This document shows positions 18,600-27,424 of a DNA stretch of 64,000 bases, piece after piece (the stretch's first letter is position 1; each line of letters opens with the position of its first letter). The position numbers and the translations under genes are program-made. The DNA comes from Spirochaetota bacterium (GTDB lineage: Bacteria; Spirochaetota; UBA4802; UBA5550), in NCBI GenBank assembly GCA_963664815.2, contig CAXXHB010000003.1, positions 2,208,001-2,272,000 on the forward strand, given 5' to 3'. The notes beneath the pieces are model-generated. The model did not search any database and was not told the origin of the DNA. It was given only the letters and a program-made list of their open reading frames with translations.

Positions 18600-20331
18600 T
18601 GTTCTCCTGATTATTCTCCTGACCTTTCAATAAGTTTATATTTTTAACAAGGAGAACCTGATTCCCTTTCGAATTATACCGCACCTCGTCAAAAATACTT
18701 TTTACCATCGCTATACCTCTTCCATGCATAAGACCTAGTTCAGCCGTTTCATCGCTTATCACTGACAAATACTTCCTGTGATTGAATCCCTTCCCCTGAT
18801 CGGTAATCTTGTACACGGCCTTCTCTGGTGATATCATGTATTCAATCCGTACCCTCTTCTCCCTGAAATCGGGATGTCTCTGCCGTTCATTAATAAAATC
18901 AAAATATCTGTCTGACAGTATCGCCTCTGTTTTCTCATCAAACGATATATTAAGGTTTCCATGCTCTATAGAATTCAGAATAATCTCTCTAAGCCCTATC
19001 CTTATTACAGTGATATCGCTTTTATCAATATACTTCTGCAGGTTGTTTGTTATTCTGTGTGATATATCATCCGCTTCGAAGAGAAGATTTTTTATCATAT
19101 ACTCGCACTTCTCACTTATAAATGCCTCGGTAAACCTGTCATCCGTCAGCTTAACCGCTTTTCCTATTATCTCTTTTTTCCCGTCTATCTCAATAAATTC
19201 CAGATTTATCATAAACTCCACAGGCTCTATCAGGTTCGGAGTCTTTAACTGGGCATTGAATTTCAATGCCCTGTTCTCTTTTCTCGATTCTTCAAGTTTT
19301 TCTGTCACAATTCTGCGAAGTATTGTAGCATCAGTAAGTTCATCACATATAAGGTCAATCAATCTGAACTTTGTAACTGCATCAGGACTTATTTTAAGCT
19401 GTGTTTTAATTGCGTCATTGGCAGTTACAAAATACCAGTCGGCATCAAGGGTAAAAATGATATCCGTTGTACCCTCAACTATCTGTCTGTATTTTTTTTC
19501 AGATACAGATAACAGCCGGTTTTTATCTTCAATTTCATCTTTTGATAAAATAAGTTTATTCTCGGTAATTTTATGTTCATCAATCTCTTTTTTAAGGGAA
19601 GTATTCGCTTCAACATACTCCCTTGTTCTCTCCTGCACCATTTTCTCCAGTATATTATGTGTTTTAAGCAGCCTTCTTCCCATCTGTCTCCCGTAATAGA
19701 TTAAAAGAATAATAAATATAATGGTGGACATCACAACTATAACCAAATAACGGCTGTTTACAAAGAAGCTTTGTCTGACACCACCCTTTTCAATTCTCGA
19801 TGCAATGTCAGTGAGGGAATTCAGAAGCTCATTTTCTATTCCTCTGGTAACGACAATTTTTTCATGAACATTTTTGAAATTTCTGTTTTCCATATCAGCT
19901 ATGTGATTCGTAAACTGCAGTGTCATGCTCTTATGAATCAATCTGAGCTTCTCTATATCATCCGATATCTCCTTTTCTCCGCTGTTCTGAAGTTTGAGAT
20001 TGAATAAAATATTCTGAACACTCTCGGATTTTTTTGAAAACTCATGAAAGTTGATCTGAAATTCGGAATAGCTTCCATCCGATATAAGTATATTATTCCA
20101 TGCTATTACCTGTTCATGCAGCGCAATCTGCGCGCTTCGTGCCAGACTTATACCCATATAATTTTCAGAGAGATCATTCGAGGTTCCGAAGATTGAATAA
20201 ATACCAAGAGCTGCATTCAATATAAATATTATAAAAAATGCCGTTAATCCGCCGCTGATCAGCATGTATGTCTCATTCTTTTCGCTGCTGAAAAATTTTT
20301 TTAATAATAACAAATCTTTTATCTTCTTCAT
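18553..20331 (-). CDS. Membrane sensor with PAS and RsbW-like HATPase (anti-sigma/Ser kinase) domain
   Basis: Two TM helices, coiled coil, PAS (YRQIVEGTTDIIFTLD), C-terminal LREIILNSIEHGN...ITDQGKGF...HGRGI...YNSKGNQV; no His-box. Confidence 0.8.
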   Translation of the reverse strand: MKKIKDLLLLKKFFSSEKNETYMLISGGLTAFFIIFILNAALGIYSIFGTSNDLSENYMGISLARSAQIALHEQVIAWNNILISDGSYSEFQINFHEFSKKSESVQNILFNLKLQNSGEKEISDDIEKLRLIHKSMTLQFTNHIADMENRNFKNVHEKIVVTRGIENELLNSLTDIASRIEKGGVRQSFFVNSRYLVIVVMSTIIFIILLIYYGRQMGRRLLKTHNILEKMVQERTREYVEANTSLKKEIDEHKITENKLILSKDEIEDKNRLLSVSEKKYRQIVEGTTDIIFTLDADWYFVTANDAIKTQLKISPDAVTKFRLIDLICDELTDATILRRIVTEKLEESRKENRALKFNAQLKTPNLIEPVEFMINLEFIEIDGKKEIIGKAVKLTDDRFTEAFISEKCEYMIKNLLFEADDISHRITNNLQKYIDKSDITVIRIGLREIILNSIEHGNLNISFDEKTEAILSDRYFDFINERQRHPDFREKRVRIEYMISPEKAVYKITDQGKGFNHRKYLSVISDETAELGLMHGRGIAMVKSIFDEVRYNSKGNQVLLVKNINLLKGQENNQENNENNTGIDKQHTKVS

Positions 20332-20387
20332 AATCAGTTTGAGCTCCTTTGCATATGAGCAATACTCAATGGAGGTAATCCGGATTT

Positions 20388-20415
20388 TATAAGGATTATG
20401 TTTAAAAATTGTTAA
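20388..20415 (-). promoter_or_regulatory. Pho-box-like array upstream of the PAS-HATPase gene
   Basis: Minus-strand TTAACA, TAAACA, CTTATA at an 11-bp period (forward starts 20410, 20399, 20388). Confidence 0.5.
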
Positions 20416-20477
20416 AAACCCTTTTTTTATAAAGCCGGATCAGCGGCGAATAAGTCAGAACAGCGGATTAATAATAA

Positions 20478-20505
20478 TTTATAAAAACTTAACATGATCT
20501 TTATT
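20478..20505 (+). promoter_or_regulatory. Pho-box-like array upstream of the porin gene
   Basis: TTTATA(20478), TTAACA(20489), TTTATT(20500). Confidence 0.5.
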
Positions 20506-20642
20506 AAATCTAAAAACTGCTCTTCTAAATTCCTGCATGAACATATGGCCGGCATAACATCAGAAATCAATAACACGTATCAGATATTATGTTGTTCATA
20601 ATTTTTTTAATTCTAAAATTTAATAAAAAACAGGAGATTCAA

Positions 20643-21959
20643 ATGAAAAAATTTCTGACAATCTGCATGGCACTTCTTTTTGCAGGCAGTGCATTTGCAC
20701 AGGAGGGAAAAACCGAAGAAAAAAAAGGACCCGAATTCAAATACAGCATATGGGCAAATGCATTTGCTGTAACCGAAGAAACGGCCAAAAAAGATGAAGA
20801 AAAGCAATATTCAAACATCAGAATAAGGCCGATGTTTTCACTCAGTAATGAAAATGTCTCTGTTGTAACAAGATTAGAGATTGACCAGTATTTTGGAGCG
20901 AAATATTCAGCTACAGGGAATGATGTTTCCTATGCAGACCCTGATGGAGATGAAAAAGCCGTTGAAGTTAAATGGGCGTACATCAATGTAAAAGACATGA
21001 TTATGCCTGGCCTTTCCATGACAGCAGGACTTGCGCCATATAAGTACTCAGTCGGTTTCGACAATGACATGCCTCTCTTTAATCTTGTTTACGATGCAGA
21101 TATGTTTAAAATTGACCTCTCTTATATAAAATTTGTTGAAGGTTCAACAACAGATACAAGTGCCGCAGTTGCAGCAACTTCGACAGAGGGTGTCAAAGCT
21201 AAAGATGATGCTCAGGCGTATGCTGCAAAATTACCTGTAAAGCTTGGCGACATTACCGTAACTCCATCTGTTCTCTATTTCACAGGTGACAATAATGTTA
21301 CAAACTCAACCGGTACAGCTTTAGGTTATACTTCAAAACTAACTATGCCGGCACTTGGCGTAAAGGCTAAACTCGGCGATATTTCACTTGATGGAGACTT
21401 CCAGTACATAACAGGAGAAACAAAAGACAATTTAACTTCTGTAAAAACCGATGTTGCGGCTTACGCGGCTTTTGTTAATGCAGGTTTCAAAGCTTCCGAC
21501 ACTCTCAAGCTGAACGTTTTCGGCCTTTATTCAACAGGGGAAGACGATAAAGCTGATAAAACCACTTCATTCCAGACAGCCTGCCAGGATGAAATTGAAG
21601 TGGGACCTATGTTTATCATCAACGACAATGGTCTTATCACACAGGTCGGCATTTCAAAAGAATATGACAAAATTACTGAAGGTCTTATAATGTTTGGTTT
21701 TTCAGCAGAAGCTAAACTTGACAAGCTTACAGCTCTTGCACAGGTGGCATATGCTAAAACAGCATCTGACAAAGTTGTTAAAGATACAGCTCTTGGAACT
21801 GAAATTGACCTCAGACTGTCATATGAAGTTGCACCCAAAACCTCTCTCTGGGTTGAAGGCGCTTACCTTGCAGGAGGAAAGTATATTGAAACAACAAACA
21901 CTGCAAGTGGTGACCAGAACCCGATGTATTATGCAGCAGGTTTATTGACAAGTTTCTGA
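20643..21959 (+). CDS. Outer-membrane beta-barrel porin (alginate-export/phosphate-porin-like)
   Basis: CAGGAG RBS before ATG 20643; signal peptide ending AFA; alternating beta strands; LGTEIDL.LSY motif; C-terminal Phe. Confidence 0.75.
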   Translation: MKKFLTICMALLFAGSAFAQEGKTEEKKGPEFKYSIWANAFAVTEETAKKDEEKQYSNIRIRPMFSLSNENVSVVTRLEIDQYFGAKYSATGNDVSYADPDGDEKAVEVKWAYINVKDMIMPGLSMTAGLAPYKYSVGFDNDMPLFNLVYDADMFKIDLSYIKFVEGSTTDTSAAVAATSTEGVKAKDDAQAYAAKLPVKLGDITVTPSVLYFTGDNNVTNSTGTALGYTSKLTMPALGVKAKLGDISLDGDFQYITGETKDNLTSVKTDVAAYAAFVNAGFKASDTLKLNVFGLYSTGEDDKADKTTSFQTACQDEIEVGPMFIINDNGLITQVGISKEYDKITEGLIMFGFSAEAKLDKLTALAQVAYAKTASDKVVKDTALGTEIDLRLSYEVAPKTSLWVEGAYLAGGKYIETTNTASGDQNPMYYAAGLLTSF

Positions 21960-22016
21960 TATTTCACATATTTAAAGATAAACAATTTTTCATAAATCAT
22001 TGTGCTCCGTCATCCT

Positions 22017-22042
22017 GGGATCTCTTTTTGAGATCCCTTTTT
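22017..22042 (+). terminator. Rho-independent terminator after porin
   Basis: gggatctc-ttttt-gagatccc followed by a T-run. Confidence 0.8.
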
Positions 22043-22122
22043 ATTAATAAAATTTAATATTTATCCCCGTATTGATCTATGTACTTTCCGGGTTTTTTCC
22101 CGGATTTAATCCGGAATGGGAT

Positions 22123-22161
22123 TAAATATAATATTTACAATTTCTTTATTATTTCTTTAAA
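22123..22161 (+). promoter_or_regulatory. Pho-box-like array upstream of pstC
   Basis: TAAATA(22123), TTTACA(22134), TTTATT(22145), TTTAAA(22156). Confidence 0.55.
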
Positions 22162-22210
22162 AATTATGATATTGTAGTATTAAGAAAAACAATATTTTCA
22201 TTACCGACAG

Positions 22211-23155
22211 GTGTATAATAAGAATATGACAGTAATACATGATAAAAATAAAAACAGTAATATAAAATTTAAAAAGCATAACAGCATATATTTTGATATT
22301 ATTATAGAAAAATTCTTTTATATTGTCGGTTTTTCATCACTTCTTGTACTTTTGACAATAATGATTTTTTTAATAAAAGAGGGTATCCCCCTTTTTAAAG
22401 AGATAAGTATTTCTGATTTTATCCTTGGAAAAGAGTGGTATCCCACAAGCAGTAATCCGAGGTTTGGAATTCTGCCGCTGATAATTTCCTCTGTTTATAT
22501 TACTTTAATTGCCTCTGTAATAGCTATTCCCCTGAGCCTCTCTGTAGCAATATATATCGCAGAGCTTGCAGGGAATACGATGAAAGAGATTGTCAAACCG
22601 GCTGTTGAGATAATCGCCTCGATACCATCGGTTATTGTCGGTTTTTTCGGCATGGTTGTCGTTGCACCCTTTTTAATGGAACATTTTGATATTGATTCAG
22701 GGTTAAATCTTCTTAATGCCTCTCTGATGCTGGCATTTATGGCTATTCCGACAATTGCGAGTATTTCGGAAGATGCAATATCATCTGTACCGATGAGCCT
22801 TAAAGAAGCCTCATATGCACTTGGAGCTAACAGATGGCAGACTATAATTTATGTTACCATACCGGCTTCATTGTCCGGCATATGGACGGCAATAATTTTA
22901 GGCATTTCAAGAGTAATCGGCGAAACTATGATTGTGCTTATGGTTGCAGGGGGGGCATCAGTTATACCCGACTCTGTATTCAGTCCTGTCCGTCCATTAA
23001 CTTCAAATATCGCCGCTGAAATGGCCGAAGCGTCAGTCGGCGGAACACATTACAGGGCGCTTTTTGCAATAGGGATAATTCTTTTTATAATTACATTCAT
23101 TTTCAATATAATAGCAGATTATCTGTCAAATAAATATAAATTCAAGACGGGTTGA
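22211..23155 (+). CDS. pstC: Phosphate ABC transporter permease PstC
   Basis: Motifs GKEWYP...FGILPLI, IPSVIVGFFG, EASYALGANRWQT, SRVIGETM. Confidence 0.95.
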   Translation: MYNKNMTVIHDKNKNSNIKFKKHNSIYFDIIIEKFFYIVGFSSLLVLLTIMIFLIKEGIPLFKEISISDFILGKEWYPTSSNPRFGILPLIISSVYITLIASVIAIPLSLSVAIYIAELAGNTMKEIVKPAVEIIASIPSVIVGFFGMVVVAPFLMEHFDIDSGLNLLNASLMLAFMAIPTIASISEDAISSVPMSLKEASYALGANRWQTIIYVTIPASLSGIWTAIILGISRVIGETMIVLMVAGGASVIPDSVFSPVRPLTSNIAAEMAEASVGGTHYRALFAIGIILFIITFIFNIIADYLSNKYKFKTG

Positions 23156-23231
23156 TTTAAAAATACAAATGGAGTGACATTTAAATTTACTCATTCTATG
23201 GCTGAGTGATATAATACAGGATATAATTATT

Positions 23232-24086
23232 ATGAAAACTAAAGCAGATATAATTCAAAGCACCGGTTTTGCATTTGTACGCGCAGGAACACTGATTGTT
23301 ATTGCATCTCTTTTCCTTATACTGGGATTTATTTTTATTAAAGGTTTCTCAGCGCTCTCATGGGAATTTATAAGTGAAATGCCTAAAAATGAAATGACTG
23401 CTGGCGGTATTTTACCGGCAATAATAGGTACTTTTTATCTTATGATAGGTTCTTCAGTAATTTCGATACCGGTTGGTATAATTACGGCCATTTACCTTAC
23501 TGAATATGCAAACAGTCCAAAGATAGTAAAGGTGATAAGACTGGGGATTAATAATCTGGCAGGCGTTCCATCTGTAGTATTCGGGTTATTCGGCTTGAGT
23601 CTTTTTGTTATATTTCTTGATTTCGGAACTTCAATCCTGGCAGGATCTCTTACTCTGGGGCTGCTTAATTTGCCTGTAATTATAAGATCCACCGAGGAGG
23701 CTTTACAGGTGGTCCCCGGCACATACCGGGAAGCATCCCTCTCCCTCGGGGCAACAAAATGGCAGACAATCTACAAAATCATTCTGCCAAATGCCCTCCC
23801 CGGCATTATGACAGGGATAATGCTCTCTCTCGGACGTGCAGCCGGGGAAACTGCCCCCGTCATGTTTACAGCCGCTGCATTTTATACTCCCGATCTTCCG
23901 GTTTCAGTATTCAATCAGACGATGGCTCTTCCATATCACATTTATGTAATGGCTACCGCCGGAACACATATACAGACTACACGGCATCTGCAATACGGAA
24001 CAGCGATTGTACTTATCGGGCTTGTACTGGTATTGAACATGACAGGTCTTATTCTGAGATACCGGTTTAAAAAGAATCTCCGGTAA
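23232..24086 (+). CDS. pstA: Phosphate ABC transporter permease PstA
   Basis: Motifs GGILPAIIGT, LAGVPSVVFGLFG, EASLSLGATKWQT, RAAGETAP. Confidence 0.95.
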   Translation: MKTKADIIQSTGFAFVRAGTLIVIASLFLILGFIFIKGFSALSWEFISEMPKNEMTAGGILPAIIGTFYLMIGSSVISIPVGIITAIYLTEYANSPKIVKVIRLGINNLAGVPSVVFGLFGLSLFVIFLDFGTSILAGSLTLGLLNLPVIIRSTEEALQVVPGTYREASLSLGATKWQTIYKIILPNALPGIMTGIMLSLGRAAGETAPVMFTAAAFYTPDLPVSVFNQTMALPYHIYVMATAGTHIQTTRHLQYGTAIVLIGLVLVLNMTGLILRYRFKKNLR

Positions 24087-24124
24087 TATTGTTTATATTA
24101 TCTTCCGGAAATCTGAAGACTGCT

Positions 24125-25564
24125 TCAGGTTTTTCGTGCGACAATAATTGTGATGTCATCCCCCTGTCTGGTGTCTCCTGCAAAACTATCCAGAGAATTT
24201 ACAATATGATCAAGTAAACTCTCTGCAGTATCACCCGAAAATGATAAAAAAGCGTCTGACAGACGTGGAATTCCGAACTGGTAACCTTCATCATTTCTGC
24301 TTTCAATAAGACCATCACTGTATAATACAAGATAATCACCCTTGTTAACACTAAACTTCAGCGATATATATTTCTTTTTATTCTGCGTGATGCCTATTGG
24401 GTGCCCCTTGAATGAATCTGAGGAGTCTCCGATTACACTGACTTTTTTTTCAGACTGCTGATACCATAATATATCGGGATGGCCGGCATTGACATATTCA
24501 ACATTATTATCCTTCATCCGCAGCAGCAGACCGGTAATATACAGATTAACCTCTTCAAGCTGGTCAAAGAGATCCGAATTCGCATATTCAAGCACATCAC
24601 CCAGATCTGATGATCCCGAATTGTTGAAGTATGTATAGATTACCGGTTTGGCAAGAATGGTGATCAGGGCAGCTGCCACTCCATGACCTGAAACATCAAA
24701 TAGTGATACACCCTTGAGAGAATCCCCTTTTGAATAGAAATCATAAAAATCTCCCGAAACAGCGCCATAAGGTTTTGTTACAAACGCTATATCCCAGTCA
24801 CTGATCTCCGGAACCTTACGCGGGAATATTGCGCTCTGAATTTCATTCGCCAGGTTCATTTCTATTTCAGTCAGATGCTGTTCATTTACCAGTCGGTTAT
24901 TCGCAGTTGACAGTTCATTATAAAGAATCTGAAGACCGTTCCGGGCCCTCTTAAGATCTCTTCTTCTTTTATTCATATAGTAGGCTGCCACAGAAATAAG
25001 TATAAAAGCCGGGATAAGGCAAAGAGCAAAAAATGTCTCTCTCTCAAGTGATCCCGGCTGCCCTGCAATCTTGATTGAATACCACACTACTGAATAATAA
25101 CATACAAGTGTTGAAATTGACATGCTGAGCGACTGGAGGGCATTTGTATATGAAAGAACAATGGTTACTGCAGTAAACCCGTTCAGTATTCCGAGAAATC
25201 TCATTTCGCCGAGCCAGAAAACCCATATACAGAAAGCCGCAAGGAATGTTGAAAGATATGCAATGAATATTGCCAGTTCATACCAGACATATCTTATTTT
25301 AGTCACATATGTGATCAATGTGAAAATCATTGTCAGCAGCAGAACACAGGAGCTTATAAAAAAAGTTTTATTATAGGTCAGATCTGTAAGTCCGTAATAA
25401 ATAGCGGAATGTGTTTCAATTGTAGCTATAATATATCCGATAAATACAAGGAAGTTACCGCGTAAAAAAAGAAGATACCTGTCGTGCGGAGTCTCCGTTT
25501 TAAGAAACGATAAGCAGGATTTCAACCTTTCCCGGAGTAAATATTTATGAACAGCGTTTTTCAT
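24125..25564 (-). CDS. Membrane-bound SpoIIE/PP2C protein phosphatase
   Basis: N-terminal TM bundle; VSGDFYDF, FDVSGHG, NAGHP, YSDGL, DDIT. Confidence 0.9.
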   Translation of the reverse strand: MKNAVHKYLLRERLKSCLSFLKTETPHDRYLLFLRGNFLVFIGYIIATIETHSAIYYGLTDLTYNKTFFISSCVLLLTMIFTLITYVTKIRYVWYELAIFIAYLSTFLAAFCIWVFWLGEMRFLGILNGFTAVTIVLSYTNALQSLSMSISTLVCYYSVVWYSIKIAGQPGSLERETFFALCLIPAFILISVAAYYMNKRRRDLKRARNGLQILYNELSTANNRLVNEQHLTEIEMNLANEIQSAIFPRKVPEISDWDIAFVTKPYGAVSGDFYDFYSKGDSLKGVSLFDVSGHGVAAALITILAKPVIYTYFNNSGSSDLGDVLEYANSDLFDQLEEVNLYITGLLLRMKDNNVEYVNAGHPDILWYQQSEKKVSVIGDSSDSFKGHPIGITQNKKKYISLKFSVNKGDYLVLYSDGLIESRNDEGYQFGIPRLSDAFLSFSGDTAESLLDHIVNSLDSFAGDTRQGDDITIIVARKT

Positions 25565-25681
25565 CTTTTTCTCTTTATCATTATTATTAAAATTTGTTTT
25601 TAATCAGCCTGATATGTAATATAACTGCAATTCAGGGTTAATACATTCATTTTATCAGTCTTGTATTATTAAAAACAATCA

Positions 25682-27121
25682 TCAGGTTTTACCCGCTACA
25701 AATAGCGTAATATCATCCGGCTGTTGCATCCGGCCGGTGAAACTGTTCAGCGAATTCATTATATCATCAAGTTTCCCTGCGGCATTAACAGAATTTGATG
25801 ATTTAATTGCTTCAATAAGGCGATTTGTGCCGAAAGGTTCCCCTGAATCATTCCGGCTGCCTGTGAGTCCGTCACTGAAAAATATGAGAAAATCACCAGG
25901 TTTTATTTCAAAATTCAAAACCCGGTAATGATCATCCTGTGAAGCAATCCCTATAGGCGCTCCCTTGAATCTGTCAGATGAATCTTTTATAATATGAACT
26001 GTATTTCTGCGTGCTTTTAAATACAGCAGATCGGGATGACCGGCATTTATATATTCAATTTCATCTCCGTTAATCCGAAGCACAATTCCCGTAATATAGG
26101 GATTTACCTCGTCAAGTTCGCCGAGAATTTCAACATTTGCAGATTCGATCACCTTCCCCAGTCTTTCGTTTTTATTAATGTTAAAATATTTAAACAGCAT
26201 TGGCCTCACCAGAATGGTTATCAACCCCGGCGCAACACCATGCCCCGAAACATCGAAAAGCGATATCCCTTTAAGCGAATTTTTTTCAGTATAAAAATCA
26301 TAGAAATCTCCGGAAACCGCACCTGATGTTACAGTTTTAAAGGCCAGGTCCCAGCCGGTTATATCGGGGATTTTGCCGGTGAAAATCGAATCCTGAATTT
26401 CTCCGGCCAGTTTCATTTCAATATCAGTCAGAACCTGTGACTGCTGTATCTCTATATTTGCTTTTGCAAGTATATTATTCAGTTTCTCAAGTTCTGAAGA
26501 TACTTTCAGAAGCTCATTTCTTTTTCTGTCCATGTAATATGCGATAAAAGTGATAAGAATAAATGCCGGGACAAGGGAAAAACATAGAAATATTTCTTTT
26601 TCAACTGTACCTGGCTGCCCTGCAACTTTTATTGAATAGATCGCTACATTATAATAACAGACCAGAATGCTGGAGGATATAATAAAAGCCTGTAAAAGGT
26701 TAATGTAAAATAAAAGTATGGTGATTGTTGTAATAGCGTTAATGACTGCAAGAAGCCGGAGCTCTCCGAGCCTGTATTCCCATACAGAGAAAGCGGTTAC
26801 AAAAATAACAGCATAAACTGCAAAACCTGCCCACTCATACCATACATGAACAGATTTCTTAACAAGCGGGGTGAGCGAAAGAACTGCTGTTATGAACAGT
26901 ACGAGTAAACTGAAATATATTGATTGTTTTATAGGTACCTTGTGCAGACCGATATATATTGCGGTTAATGTTTCAATTATTGCGATCAACGAACCAGTCG
27001 TAATCAGCATATTACCACGCCTTATCAGGGAATACCTTTCGGGAGAAACTTCGGATTTCAGGTAGGATAAAGCTGAATTTAACCATCCCCTGATAATATA
27101 AAATGATACAACTCTGTTCAT
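25682..27121 (-). CDS. Membrane-bound SpoIIE/PP2C protein phosphatase (tandem paralog)
   Basis: Same length (479 aa) and motifs as the neighbour (YSIK.AGQPG, VSGDFYDFY, SLFDVSGHG, NAGHPD, SDGL, DDIT). Confidence 0.9.
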   Translation of the reverse strand: MNRVVSFYIIRGWLNSALSYLKSEVSPERYSLIRRGNMLITTGSLIAIIETLTAIYIGLHKVPIKQSIYFSLLVLFITAVLSLTPLVKKSVHVWYEWAGFAVYAVIFVTAFSVWEYRLGELRLLAVINAITTITILLFYINLLQAFIISSSILVCYYNVAIYSIKVAGQPGTVEKEIFLCFSLVPAFILITFIAYYMDRKRNELLKVSSELEKLNNILAKANIEIQQSQVLTDIEMKLAGEIQDSIFTGKIPDITGWDLAFKTVTSGAVSGDFYDFYTEKNSLKGISLFDVSGHGVAPGLITILVRPMLFKYFNINKNERLGKVIESANVEILGELDEVNPYITGIVLRINGDEIEYINAGHPDLLYLKARRNTVHIIKDSSDRFKGAPIGIASQDDHYRVLNFEIKPGDFLIFFSDGLTGSRNDSGEPFGTNRLIEAIKSSNSVNAAGKLDDIMNSLNSFTGRMQQPDDITLFVAGKT

Positions 27122-27424
27122 TAAAATTCACTTCCAGATAATTTTAAAAGCCTGACACCCCTATCACGTACTAATAATAATAAAACGATCTTACTTAATA
27201 ATTATAATAAAAAAAATCAATAGAAAAACAGATTTATAAAATTTTTTTATACCGGCTATTATTTTCAATTAATTATTTTTTAATTTTTTTAATATAAAAG
27301 CTCAATTTTCTCCGCAATCAAAGGCGGCGTAGAGATATAGTTATTCATTTTCAGACAATATATTTAATAAGAAATTATTAGTGATTATTTTCAATTAAAC
27401 AAATAACCGGATAACATTGTCATT

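Noticed and set aside
18809-19696. 295-aa plus-strand ORF
   Set aside because: Antisense shadow of the PAS-HATPase gene; Ser/Ile/Phe-rich with no motifs.
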